This document shows positions 50,587 to 59,149 of a stretch of 64,000 bases of DNA, one piece after another. Position 1 is the first letter of the stretch, and every line of letters starts with the position of its first letter. The notes under the pieces are model-generated. The model had not been told where the DNA came from. It searched no databases and was given only the letters and a program-made list of their open reading frames with translations. The stretch is from a bacterium. GTDB taxonomy: Bacteria > Patescibacteriota > Minisyncoccia > Phycocordibacterales > Phycocordibacteraceae. Location: contig JBBCGK010000001.1 in NCBI GenBank assembly GCA_037200965.1, forward strand, positions 896,001 through 960,000, in the 5' to 3' direction. The position numbers and the translations under genes are program-made.

Positions 50587-52032
50587 ATGAGCAATCAGGA
50601 TACTACCACCGGTGGCCCTCCAAAGGATACTGGATGGGATGCCGCATGGTCTGGCGCGCGCGAGCGCCTCCGGAAAGAACTCGGCGATGCCACGTTCAAC
50701 GCATGGATCGGCCCACTCAGGCTCGTCAGCGCCGATAGGGACAATATCCAGATCGGCGCGGCAAAGCCGTTCGCACGCAATTGGGTGGCCAACCATTACG
50801 TTACCCGCATCGACCGCGCGCTTCGGGCGGAAGGCAAAGCTCCCGACTCGCTCTCGATCGTGCTTTGCACCTCGGTACCGCCGCCGAACACCGGGGCGGT
50901 TACCAGCGGCACTCCGGTCGAGCTTCCTCCGTCAGCCTATCCGGCGTCAGCGCTCATGCGTAACGGCGAAAAGCCTGCGGCAGAGCCGAGAAACCTCTGG
51001 AACAGGCCGCTTCATCCGAGCCAGACCTTCGGCAGTTTCGTCGCGGGCTCGGAGAACGAGTTCGGATACCGCGCGGCGGAAAGCTTCGCGGATGGCAGCA
51101 CCGAAAGCGGGCTGCTCTATATCCACGGCGGCTTCGGCTACGGCAAGACGCATCTTCTGAACGCGACCGCGCTCGAAGCGCGCAAACGCGGGAAGAGGGC
51201 GCTGTTTCTCGGCGCGGAGGATTTCATGCGCCAGTTCCTCGGTGCGCTGCACCGGCGGGACACGCTTTCCTTCAAGGACGAGCTTCGGGCTGCCGACATG
51301 CTGCTGATCGACGATCTACAGCACATCTGCCGCTCGCACACGACCGTGTCGGAATTCCTCCATACCGTGAATGCCTTCGCCGATTCGCGCCGGAAACTCA
51401 TCGTCGCTGCCGATCGCGCGCCGGCGGCCCTCGAAACGCTGAGCGCTGATGTCAGGTCGCGCCTTACGGGCGGCCTTACGATCGGGCTCGATAAGCCGGG
51501 CCGGGACACGCGTTTGGCGATTCTCAAGTCGCGCGCGAACGAGTTCACCCGCGCAAGGCCGCACGCGGTGCTTCCCGAAGAAGTGCTCGAGCGCATCGCC
51601 GATATGCCGGACGCGAGTCCGCGCGATCTCCTCGGCGTGTTCACGAAGCTTGCCACCTACGCCGACCTCACCAAGAAGCCGGTCACGCTTGATGTCGCCG
51701 AAGAGGCCGTCGGCCAGCGCTCCGCGCCCGGCCGCAAGATCTCGATCGAGGACATCCAGCGCAAGACCGCCGAGTTCTACAAGCTCGACATCCGCGACTT
51801 CCAGTCGCCGCAGCGCACCCGCAGGGTGGCCCGGCCAAGGCAAGTGGCGATGTTCCTCGCGCGCGAGCTCACGATGCGTTCGCTTCCCGAAATCGGGCGG
51901 CGGTTCGGCGGGCGGGACCATACCACGGTCCTGCATGCCTGCCGTCGCATCGCGGAACTTTGCGAAGAAGACAGGGACTTCAAGGACGAAGTCGGGTTCC
52001 TTCGGGACATGCTTACGCGTCGCGGCCTTTAG
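50587..52032 (+). CDS. dnaA: chromosomal replication initiator protein DnaA
   Basis: AAA+ Walker A GGFGYGKTHLL, sensor motifs, C-terminal HTH (…ARELTMRSLPEIGRRFGGRDHTTVLHACRRI…). agggggt Shine-Dalgarno sequence. Confidence 0.95.
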   Translation: MSNQDTTTGGPPKDTGWDAAWSGARERLRKELGDATFNAWIGPLRLVSADRDNIQIGAAKPFARNWVANHYVTRIDRALRAEGKAPDSLSIVLCTSVPPPNTGAVTSGTPVELPPSAYPASALMRNGEKPAAEPRNLWNRPLHPSQTFGSFVAGSENEFGYRAAESFADGSTESGLLYIHGGFGYGKTHLLNATALEARKRGKRALFLGAEDFMRQFLGALHRRDTLSFKDELRAADMLLIDDLQHICRSHTTVSEFLHTVNAFADSRRKLIVAADRAPAALETLSADVRSRLTGGLTIGLDKPGRDTRLAILKSRANEFTRARPHAVLPEEVLERIADMPDASPRDLLGVFTKLATYADLTKKPVTLDVAEEAVGQRSAPGRKISIEDIQRKTAEFYKLDIRDFQSPQRTRRVARPRQVAMFLARELTMRSLPEIGRRFGGRDHTTVLHACRRIAELCEEDRDFKDEVGFLRDMLTRRGL

Positions 52033-52052
52033 GCGCGACGCGGAGTTTCAAG

Positions 52053-52084
52053 GGCGGCGCGCTACGGCGGCCGCCCTTTTTTCT
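52053..52084 (+). terminator. rho-independent terminator after dnaA
   Basis: gggcggc…gccgccc stem followed by ttttttct, then an AT-rich tract. Confidence 0.55.
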
Positions 52085-52169
52085 AATCAACACGACTTTA
52101 TTTCCCGTTAATATTTCTATGCTTTACTTATCCCGGACGAGTAGTTCGGATGTTCAAGGAGCAAGGACA

Positions 52170-52394
52170 ATGGCCTGGACACATGCAAGGAAGATGCAGC
52201 TCAAATCTCTCTGGACGGAAGGGCTTCCCGCGAGCAAGATCGCGAAGGAGCTTGGCATCACGCGCAATGCCGTGATCGGCAAGGCGCACTATCTTGATCT
52301 CCCAAGGCGCGATGACCCTTCGCTGCCGCGCACCAAAAAACCGCCGCGCGCGACGGTGAAAATCGACCGCAGCAAGTCGACCTATCCAGTATAG
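52170..52394 (+). CDS. GcrA-like N-terminal-domain protein (74 aa)
   Basis: MAWTHARKMQLKSLWTEGLPASKIAKELGITRNAVIGKAHYLDL closely matches the GcrA DNA-binding domain consensus. aaggag Shine-Dalgarno sequence. Start at M71 of ORF 51960..52394. Confidence 0.6.
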   Translation: MAWTHARKMQLKSLWTEGLPASKIAKELGITRNAVIGKAHYLDLPRRDDPSLPRTKKPPRATVKIDRSKSTYPV

Positions 52395-52423
52395 AAAGGA
52401 CACGTCTTCTGCCGTTGCAAAAT

Positions 52424-52458
52424 AAAACGGCCCGCAACACGCGGGCCGTTTTATTTTT
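52424..52458. terminator. bidirectional terminator between the GcrA-like gene and the RRM gene
   Basis: Perfect 12-bp stem aaaacggcccgc / gcgggccgtttt, loop aacac, with T-tracts on both strands. Confidence 0.7.
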
Positions 52459-52465
52459 GGAAATG

Positions 52466-52828
52466 TTAGTAGTTTCCGCCGGACGAGTAGCCTCCGCGGC
52501 CACCGCCGTATCCGCCACCGTTTCCTCCGCGGTTACCACCGCCGAAACCTCCGCGGTCGCCTCCTGCCGGGCGCTCGCCCTGCGGGCGCGCGAACGATAC
52601 GGAGAGCGTGCGGCCGCCGAAGTCCTTGCCGTCCCAGCGGTCGATTGCCGCCTGGGCCTGCGCTTCATCCGCCATCTCGACGAAGCCGAAGCCGCGCGAG
52701 CGACCCGTCATGCGGTCGGAGATAATGCTGACCGACGTGACCGTGCCTGCTTCCTCGAAAGCGGCGCGGATTTCGTCTTCAGTTGATCGGTAGGGGAGAC
52801 CTCCGATGTAGAGCTTATTTGTAGCCAT
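52466..52828 (-). CDS. glycine-rich RNA-binding protein (single RRM)
   Basis: MATNKLYIGGLPYRSTEDEI…RGFGFVEM… RNP1/RNP2 motifs with a C-terminal GGN/RGG tail. Start at M39 of ORF 52466..52942. Confidence 0.85.
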   Translation of the reverse strand: MATNKLYIGGLPYRSTEDEIRAAFEEAGTVTSVSIISDRMTGRSRGFGFVEMADEAQAQAAIDRWDGKDFGGRTLSVSFARPQGERPAGGDRGGFGGGNRGGNGGGYGGGRGGYSSGGNY

Positions 52829-52960
52829 GCTATGCGTTAACTGTATAAGCTCGCCGATACCGAACACTTTCTGGCTCACGCCGCGAAGCTCTGGAAAACT
52901 GCGAGTTGCACCCAGTATGCTACACCCTTGCCCAAAGCGCAAGGGAGGTGTGTATAACGC

Positions 52961-53125
52961 CTATTGTACCGGATTCGCCGGAATCGTCCGGACATTCGTG
53001 ATGATTCCGGGATCCCGAGTTGTCGCGTCGGACGCGATCGTCCTCATAAGGACGGTCGGGACAAGGAACGTGAGCATGCTGAGCCCGAGAAGGGCGACGA
53101 GGATTATGACGAATGTTTTCTTCAT
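52961..53125 (-). CDS. small signal-peptide ORF (54 aa), ATGA-overlapped with the upstream gene
   Basis: MKKTFVIILVALLGLSMLTFLVP… TACAAT lies 7 nt before the ATG. Not in the ORF track (under 60 aa). Confidence 0.25.
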   Translation of the reverse strand: MKKTFVIILVALLGLSMLTFLVPTVLMRTIASDATTRDPGIITNVRTIPANPVQ

Positions 53126-53523
53126 CGGCCGGATTGTAGCACGGGCCGGAGCTCGAGGGAATCCGCCGTAAGGCTGCCGTCGCTGTTTGCGGTTCCCGAC
53201 ACCGACACGTTCTCCCCGGCTGCCACATCAGCAAGGCTTCCCGGGGCGCTTTTGGCGACCGTGGTCGAAGCGCTCGTAAGGACGATCCGGGTGCTTCCGT
53301 TCATCATCCGGATCGTGATGCTGCCCGCGTCCTTCGAAAGGACGGTACCGGAAACAAGGCCGCTTCGTCCGGCAAATCCGCCGCGCATGCCGCCCGCGAA
53401 ATTCCCGGGAGCCATTCCTCCGCGCGCGGGCCCGTGCCCTCCCGCGTATGCGATACCCGAATAAAAGCCGATGCCAAGCGCGATAACCGCGATGCCGATA
53501 CCGTAGAGTACGTTCTTCCGCAT
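53122..53523 (-). CDS. small membrane-anchored Gly-rich protein downstream of the ABC efflux operon
   Basis: MRKNVLYGIGIAVIALGIGFY… Start at M13 of ORF 53122..53559. Confidence 0.4.
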   Translation of the reverse strand: MRKNVLYGIGIAVIALGIGFYSGIAYAGGHGPARGGMAPGNFAGGMRGGFAGRSGLVSGTVLSKDAGSITIRMMNGSTRIVLTSASTTVAKSAPGSLADVAAGENVSVSGTANSDGSLTADSLELRPVLQSGR

Positions 53524-53571
53524 ATGGTTTATAAAGCTGGTATGGGTACTACTACGCATTCTTTCGGGTAC

Positions 53572-54804
53572 TCATTCATACCGGAGCGCGTCTATCGGAT
53601 TGAGCGCTCCGGCGCGCCGGGCAGGGTAATACCCGAAGACGATGCCGATCCCCGCGGAAACGCAAAACGCGAGGAGTACGGATGAAACCGATACGCTCGT
53701 CGAGACGAGCCCCGAATAATTGACGCCAATCGAGACGAGCCACCCGAGCGCCACGCTGATGACGCCCCCGATGAAGGTGAGCGCGACGGCCTCGGCAAGG
53801 AACTGGATGTTAATGTCGCGGCGTTTCGCGCCAATGGCTTTGCGAAGCCCGATCTCCCGCGTGCGCTCGGTCACGGTCGTGAGCATCATGTTCATGATCC
53901 CGATGCCGCCCACAAGAAGCGAGATGCCAGCCACCGCGCCAAGGAGGATGGTGAATGTGCCGGTTATCGATGAGGCGGTCGAGAGGATATCCGCCTGGTT
54001 AAGCACGCTGAAATCGGCCATAGCCGGATCGCTTATCTTGTGCCGTTCGAGAAGGAGAGCAGTGATGTCCTGCTGCACCTGCGCCATCGTGTCCGCATCG
54101 GTCGCTTGCACGTCGATCGTCGTCAGATAATCGCTTCCGGAGAGATAGCGCGCGGCGCTCCCGGTCGGCACATAAACGATGTCATCGGCATTCGTGAACC
54201 CGCTCCCGCCTTTCGCAAGCGTGACCCCGATTATCTTGAACTGGATATTCTTGATGCGCACGGTCTGCCCGACAGCGTCCTCGGGGAGAGCATCCTCGCC
54301 GAAGAGGTCGGTAAGCGCAGTCGGTCCGAGAACGGCGACCTTATCGCCCGAGTCGTTCTGGCTTTCGGAAATGAAGGAGCCTTGGCCGATTTCCACGTTC
54401 CTGATATCCGCATAGCTCGGACTCACGCCGTTGACCGTCGTGTTGGTATTCGTCCCTTTGGCCGTGACCTGATAGCGGCCGGAGATTTCCGTCGCTACGG
54501 ACCGCACCGAATCCGCCTGCGCCGCTATCGCCGCCGCATCGTCTTTCGTGAGCGTTCGCGCCCCGCCGCGCCCTGCGCTCACCTGGAACCCCGGGCCCCG
54601 CTGCGCCCCCGGCGTTATGACAAGCAGGTTCGAACCGAGCGATTCGATGCTCGCCGTGACCGAGTTCTTCGCTCCGGTGCCGATCGAGACGAGCGCGATG
54701 ACGGACGCGATGCCGATGATGATGCCGAGCATCGTAAGGCCGCTTCGCGCTTTGTTGGCCGAAAGCGCGGTATAGGTCTCCTCGAAAAGATCGCGCGTGG
54801 TCAT
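53572..54804 (-). CDS. ABC transporter permease, FtsX/MacB-like
   Basis: Four TM helices with a large periplasmic loop, C-terminal FtsX-domain motif. 4-nt overlap with the ATPase gene. Confidence 0.8.
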   Translation of the reverse strand: MTTRDLFEETYTALSANKARSGLTMLGIIIGIASVIALVSIGTGAKNSVTASIESLGSNLLVITPGAQRGPGFQVSAGRGGARTLTKDDAAAIAAQADSVRSVATEISGRYQVTAKGTNTNTTVNGVSPSYADIRNVEIGQGSFISESQNDSGDKVAVLGPTALTDLFGEDALPEDAVGQTVRIKNIQFKIIGVTLAKGGSGFTNADDIVYVPTGSAARYLSGSDYLTTIDVQATDADTMAQVQQDITALLLERHKISDPAMADFSVLNQADILSTASSITGTFTILLGAVAGISLLVGGIGIMNMMLTTVTERTREIGLRKAIGAKRRDINIQFLAEAVALTFIGGVISVALGWLVSIGVNYSGLVSTSVSVSSVLLAFCVSAGIGIVFGYYPARRAGALNPIDALRYE

Positions 54805-55508
54805 GGGTGCAGTATCAGTTTCTGCGCACGATTCTTCTCGTCGGAAACGATGCGTCCGTCGCGTATCGTGATGATGCGCCCGGCATGCTGCGCGACTTCC
54901 GGTTCGTGCGTGATGAGGACGATGGTTCGTCCGTGCTCGCGGTTGAGCTTCTGGAACGTGCCAAGGACCAGGAGGCCGGTCGCGGTGTCGAGATTTCCCG
55001 TCGGCTCGTCCGCGAGGATGAGCGCCGGGTCGTTCACGAGAGCCCTCGCTATCGCGACGCGCTGTATCTGCCCGCCCGAGAGCTGATTCGAGAGGTGGCC
55101 GAAATGCGACTCGGGGAGTCCCGCCGCAAGAAGCGCTTCTTTCGCACGCTTCCGCCGCTCGTCTTCGTTGACTCCCGCATAGACGAGCGGCAGCATCACG
55201 TTCCGCAGCACGCTCGTCCGCGCGAGCAGATTGAACGACTGGAAGACGAAGCCAATGCGATCCTTGCGCACGTCCGCAAGCTCGTCGTCGTTCATTTTCG
55301 ACACATCGCGCCCGTCGAGCACGTACGTGCCGCTCGTCGGCGTATCGAGGCAGCCGAGGATATGCATCAGGGTCGATTTGCCGGAACCCGACGGACCCAT
55401 GACTGCGACGAACTCTCCGGCGTCAATACCGAAACTCACGCCCCTAAGCGCCTCGAACAGGTTGTCGCCCTCGCCATAGGCTTTGGTGATGTTCGCGACC
55501 TCGATCAT
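54801..55508 (-). CDS. ABC transporter ATP-binding protein (MacB/LolD-like)
   Basis: Walker A GPSGSGKST, signature LSGGQIQR, Walker B ILADEP. Start at M35 of ORF 54801..55610, overlapping the membrane-fusion-protein stop. Confidence 0.85.
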   Translation of the reverse strand: MIEVANITKAYGEGDNLFEALRGVSFGIDAGEFVAVMGPSGSGKSTLMHILGCLDTPTSGTYVLDGRDVSKMNDDELADVRKDRIGFVFQSFNLLARTSVLRNVMLPLVYAGVNEDERRKRAKEALLAAGLPESHFGHLSNQLSGGQIQRVAIARALVNDPALILADEPTGNLDTATGLLVLGTFQKLNREHGRTIVLITHEPEVAQHAGRIITIRDGRIVSDEKNRAQKLILHP

Positions 55509-55509
55509 G

Positions 55510-57228
55510 CTAGAAGCCGCCGAAGCCCGCGCGCCGCGTCGCCCCCGAGGTTGCCGTGGTTTTCGCCGTCCCGTTGTTCGCGCGCACCACGACCTGGTCG
55601 CCTTCGCCAAGGCCCGAAAGAATCTGCGTGCTGGTATCGTCCGAGATGCCCGTTTCGACGGGAACGTTCTTCGGCGCCGCCGGCGAGGGAGTGCCCGCGC
55701 TTCCGGTATTCGCTTCAGCGAGCGGGGGATCGAATACCTGCACGTAGCTTGCGCCGTTCATAGTCTTTATGGCGCCCGAAGGCACCGAAAGCGCGTTTGG
55801 CGCGGTCGCGGTGATGATTGAGGCCGAGACGGTCATGCCCGGCTTCACGCGCTCGTCCCCCGCGTCGAGGCTTATGGTCACGCTATACGTCACGACGCCC
55901 TGGGAGACCGTGCCGACCGCGTCGATGCCGCTCACGGTACCCGTGAGCATGAGACCGTCTATCGCATCGAACGTGAGTGTCGCTTTTTGTCCGAGTTTAA
56001 TCTTCGCTGCGTCGACCTCGTCAAGCGAAAGTACGGCGCTCTTTTCCTCGCCGATCATCGTGACGGCCGGGCTCCCTGCGGCGGTGCCCACCGTCGCGTC
56101 GAGCGCCGATACCGTCCCGGCGAAGGGCGCATAGAGGTAATAGTCCGCGAGGTTGTCCTTCGCGTCCTGCAGGGCGTTTTTCGCTTTCGTAAGCGAGAGT
56201 TCCGCCGACCGCACGGCAAGCGGTGTGCCGCTTCCGGAGAGCGTCGCGGTCGCGTTCTGAAGCGTCGTCAGCGCGGAAAGGGAGCTCGCGCTGTCGCCCT
56301 GGGCCTTGCCCGCATACGCGGCGGCCGAGGTGATCTGAGCGGCAAGACCCGCGGGAGGCGTAAGCAGGTTATGAGCGTCGACGGTCGACTGCACCAGGTT
56401 GAGAAACGCGAGCGTATCCTTGGCCGCCTGGTTCGCCGCTGAAGTGGCCTCGTTCGTGTGCTCCAGGAGCGCAAGAATGTCTTCGGCCGAAGAGTCGCGG
56501 TTCGCGGTCTGATACAGGCTGAAATACTTGTCATAAAGGTTTTTCGCTGCCCGGTATGAAGCCTCGGCCTTGTCGGCAGCCGCGCGCGCGGCAGGTTCGT
56601 TCTCTTCGATGAGATCTTCGTATGCGTTCGCATTCGTCCTGCCCCCGTATGTTGCCGTCCGTTCGTGGAGAATAGTATCGAGTCCGGAAAGGATGCCCGG
56701 CAGGTCGCTCCACGCCGTTGCGGCGCTATCGAAGCCGCTCCCGCGCGCGCTCGTGATGCTGTTCCCCGACGAGCTTATGGCCTGCTGGTATGAAATCTCG
56801 GCGCTCGCAAGGTTTGCCCCGGCGTCCCGTACCGACTTCTCCGCGGAGGTCGTATCGAGTTTCAGAAGGAGGGTTCCGGCCCCGACCTTCTGGCCCGCTT
56901 TAACTCCGACGTATGTAACGGTGCCCGAGCCCTCGGGCTTGAGCGCCGCTTCGGTCGTCGCGGATACTTGGCCGCTTCCGGTGACGGAAGAAACGATCGT
57001 CGACACCTTCGCATTCGCGGTCACATATGTCGTCGGAGCAGCGTTCGTCGCGAGCGCCGAATAGGCCCAATAGCCTGCGGCAAGAACCGCGATGATAATG
57101 ATTCCTGTGATGGCGGTATGAGCCTTGGTATACGCAAGGGCGCGGGAGGGAAGCGAACGGGCGGAACCTGCGAGCGTGTCTATGGGCATGGCCGGGATAT
57201 ATGAGGATATTCCCTTAGTACGCGCCAC
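55510..57228 (-). CDS. HlyD/MacA-family periplasmic adaptor (membrane fusion protein)
   Basis: N-terminal TM helix, long coiled-coil hairpin, barrel-sandwich and beta-barrel regions. Confidence 0.7.
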   Translation of the reverse strand: MARTKGISSYIPAMPIDTLAGSARSLPSRALAYTKAHTAITGIIIIAVLAAGYWAYSALATNAAPTTYVTANAKVSTIVSSVTGSGQVSATTEAALKPEGSGTVTYVGVKAGQKVGAGTLLLKLDTTSAEKSVRDAGANLASAEISYQQAISSSGNSITSARGSGFDSAATAWSDLPGILSGLDTILHERTATYGGRTNANAYEDLIEENEPAARAAADKAEASYRAAKNLYDKYFSLYQTANRDSSAEDILALLEHTNEATSAANQAAKDTLAFLNLVQSTVDAHNLLTPPAGLAAQITSAAAYAGKAQGDSASSLSALTTLQNATATLSGSGTPLAVRSAELSLTKAKNALQDAKDNLADYYLYAPFAGTVSALDATVGTAAGSPAVTMIGEEKSAVLSLDEVDAAKIKLGQKATLTFDAIDGLMLTGTVSGIDAVGTVSQGVVTYSVTISLDAGDERVKPGMTVSASIITATAPNALSVPSGAIKTMNGASYVQVFDPPLAEANTGSAGTPSPAAPKNVPVETGISDDTSTQILSGLGEGDQVVVRANNGTAKTTATSGATRRAGFGGF

Positions 57229-57269
57229 ACCGTCATTTCATGCATTGTCTAATGTCTATATGGCTACTC

Positions 57270-58298
57270 TCAACCTCTAACTGCCCGCATATGATACCAC
57301 GTATGTATACCCACCTAACGTTCGAGGAACGAGAATGCATTGGTCTTATGCGTGCAGCCTACTTCTGGCCAGTCGAAATCGCACGCGAGCTCAATCGCGA
57401 TCCTAAAACCATCAGACGAGAGCTCAGACGCTCGAAACCGTTGTTTGAAGGATACCGACCAAGCCGGGCACACAAAGATGCACGAAAGAAAAAGAAAATC
57501 CCGAGACGCGGGAAGAAGCTCAACTACGCGCCTCTTCAGCGTGTCGTGTATGCAAAGCTCCGGCTTCGCTGGAGCCCGGAGCAGATTGCGCAGTACTTGA
57601 AACAGCACTACGCTACAGATACTCGTATGCAAGTCTCCCACGAATCCATCTACACCTATATCTATGTGCTCCCGCGCGGGAGCCTCCGCAAGGAGCTTAC
57701 GTCGTACCTGCGCCAGGGCGCCGAAGGGCGCAGGCGCAGGTATCGGGTGCACGACAGGCGAGGAAAGATACCCAATATGGTGAGTATTCACGAGCGCCCC
57801 AAAGAAACGGAAGACCGCTCAGTACCTGGACACTGGGAGAGCGACCTCATTATCGGCAAAGGACATCAATCAGCCATTGCGACCTTGGTGGAACGCACCA
57901 CGCGCATGACCATTCTGGTGCCGCTCAGAGAAAAGACCGCTCCTGCGGTGCGCATGGCACTTACGAAAACCGTGAAGAGCTTGCCCCGCGAAGCCTTCCG
58001 ATCAATCACCCATGATCGCGGCAGCGAGATGGCTGAGCACGAACTCTTCACCAAAGAGACCAGGGTGCAGGTGTATTTCGCTGATCCACAAAGCCCGTGG
58101 CAGCGTGGTACAAACGAAAATACCAATGGCCTTATTCGTCAGTATTTCCCCAAGGGAACGGACTTCCGGCGGGTGCCAACTAAGTATTTGAAGCAAGCGC
58201 AGAAGCAGCTCAATACTCGGCCCAGAAAAGCTATCGGCTTCAAAACACCTGAAGAAGCATTTGCGCTATTATTAAAGAAGCGGGCATTTAGAGTTTGA
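57270..58298 (+). mobile_element. IS30-family insertion sequence (about 1.03 kb) with ~19-bp imperfect terminal inverted repeats
   Basis: Left tcaacctctaactgcccgc (57270-57288) against right gcgggcatttagagtttga (58280-58298), 17/19. The transposase ATG is immediately inside the left repeat. Confidence 0.6.
57291..58298 (+). CDS. IS30-family DDE transposase
   Basis: HTH N-terminus and DDE core (…GHWESDLIIGK…ITHDRGSEM…NENTNGLIRQYFPKGTDF…). Confidence 0.85.
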   Translation: MIPRMYTHLTFEERECIGLMRAAYFWPVEIARELNRDPKTIRRELRRSKPLFEGYRPSRAHKDARKKKKIPRRGKKLNYAPLQRVVYAKLRLRWSPEQIAQYLKQHYATDTRMQVSHESIYTYIYVLPRGSLRKELTSYLRQGAEGRRRRYRVHDRRGKIPNMVSIHERPKETEDRSVPGHWESDLIIGKGHQSAIATLVERTTRMTILVPLREKTAPAVRMALTKTVKSLPREAFRSITHDRGSEMAEHELFTKETRVQVYFADPQSPWQRGTNENTNGLIRQYFPKGTDFRRVPTKYLKQAQKQLNTRPRKAIGFKTPEEAFALLLKKRAFRV

Positions 58299-58375
58299 AT
58301 TCAAGATGTCTCTCGATGGATTCCCAAGAGGCTTTAATTAAGAAAACAGGCCGCTCAGGTATTCAAGCGGCCTGT

Positions 58376-59005
58376 TCAAGGTTTGCATTTAAGCGCTTCC
58401 GTATGGGAGATGATGTACTCCCGATAACCATTCGTTCCGTTGAGAGGACGCAGGCACATGACGTAGCGGATCGCTCCTTCCGCTTTGTCCTTGTGCGCTT
58501 CTACGATCGAGGCGATCTCTGCCAAGCTCTTTCTCAAAGCACGGCGACATCTTCCGCCGTTGGTGCCTTGGTGCCGGGTAACCGTGCCTGCCTCGTGCGC
58601 CAGTATGGTCCTGCACGCATCCTGGATTTCGATCGTAGCTTGAAAGTACGGCAAGCCCGCGCTCGGTTTTTTTGTGTGCGGCTCGTTCGCGTACTTAGCA
58701 GTCCTCTTAAAGATGAATGTCAGGTACGCAGCCTTGGCTTTCCGCACTTGCCCGTGCGTCGGCGGGCGTATCCCGTCGGGAAGATGGTAGTCCTTTTCCC
58801 AAATCGAGATGAGGTGGGTCTGCTCCTTCGTTACGATCGCGATCTTCGCTTGCCTATCGAATGGCGAATAGAACAGGAGATATTCGTATTCTCCTTGAGA
58901 ACCAAGCTTCACCGCGGCGTCCGACTCGATGAGAGTAAGGACGTCTTGGGGCAACATGGCAGTGCGGCCTTCGATGCACTCTCGCGCATGCCTGGTCAGT
59001 TTCAT
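58376..59005 (-). CDS. hypothetical protein (209 aa)
   Basis: ggagg Shine-Dalgarno sequence 7 nt upstream. No family recognised. Adjacent to the IS30 element. Confidence 0.5.
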   Translation of the reverse strand: MKLTRHARECIEGRTAMLPQDVLTLIESDAAVKLGSQGEYEYLLFYSPFDRQAKIAIVTKEQTHLISIWEKDYHLPDGIRPPTHGQVRKAKAAYLTFIFKRTAKYANEPHTKKPSAGLPYFQATIEIQDACRTILAHEAGTVTRHQGTNGGRCRRALRKSLAEIASIVEAHKDKAEGAIRYVMCLRPLNGTNGYREYIISHTEALKCKP

Positions 59006-59149
59006 GTATGCCTCCGTTGGAAAAGTTCATATCCTGGCTAATCTATTTCCACCTATATCATGCTTGTGGTAGCCGGGCAATATCTCTTTTTGTACGAGGC
59101 TAAGTAACCGAACCAGAGAGTAAGCCGCCGTCTTTTTCAGTTCCTAGAT

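Noticed and set aside
57229-57269. Target-site duplication for the IS30 and IS481 elements
   Set aside because: Could not identify convincing short direct repeats flanking either element by eye, so none is claimed.
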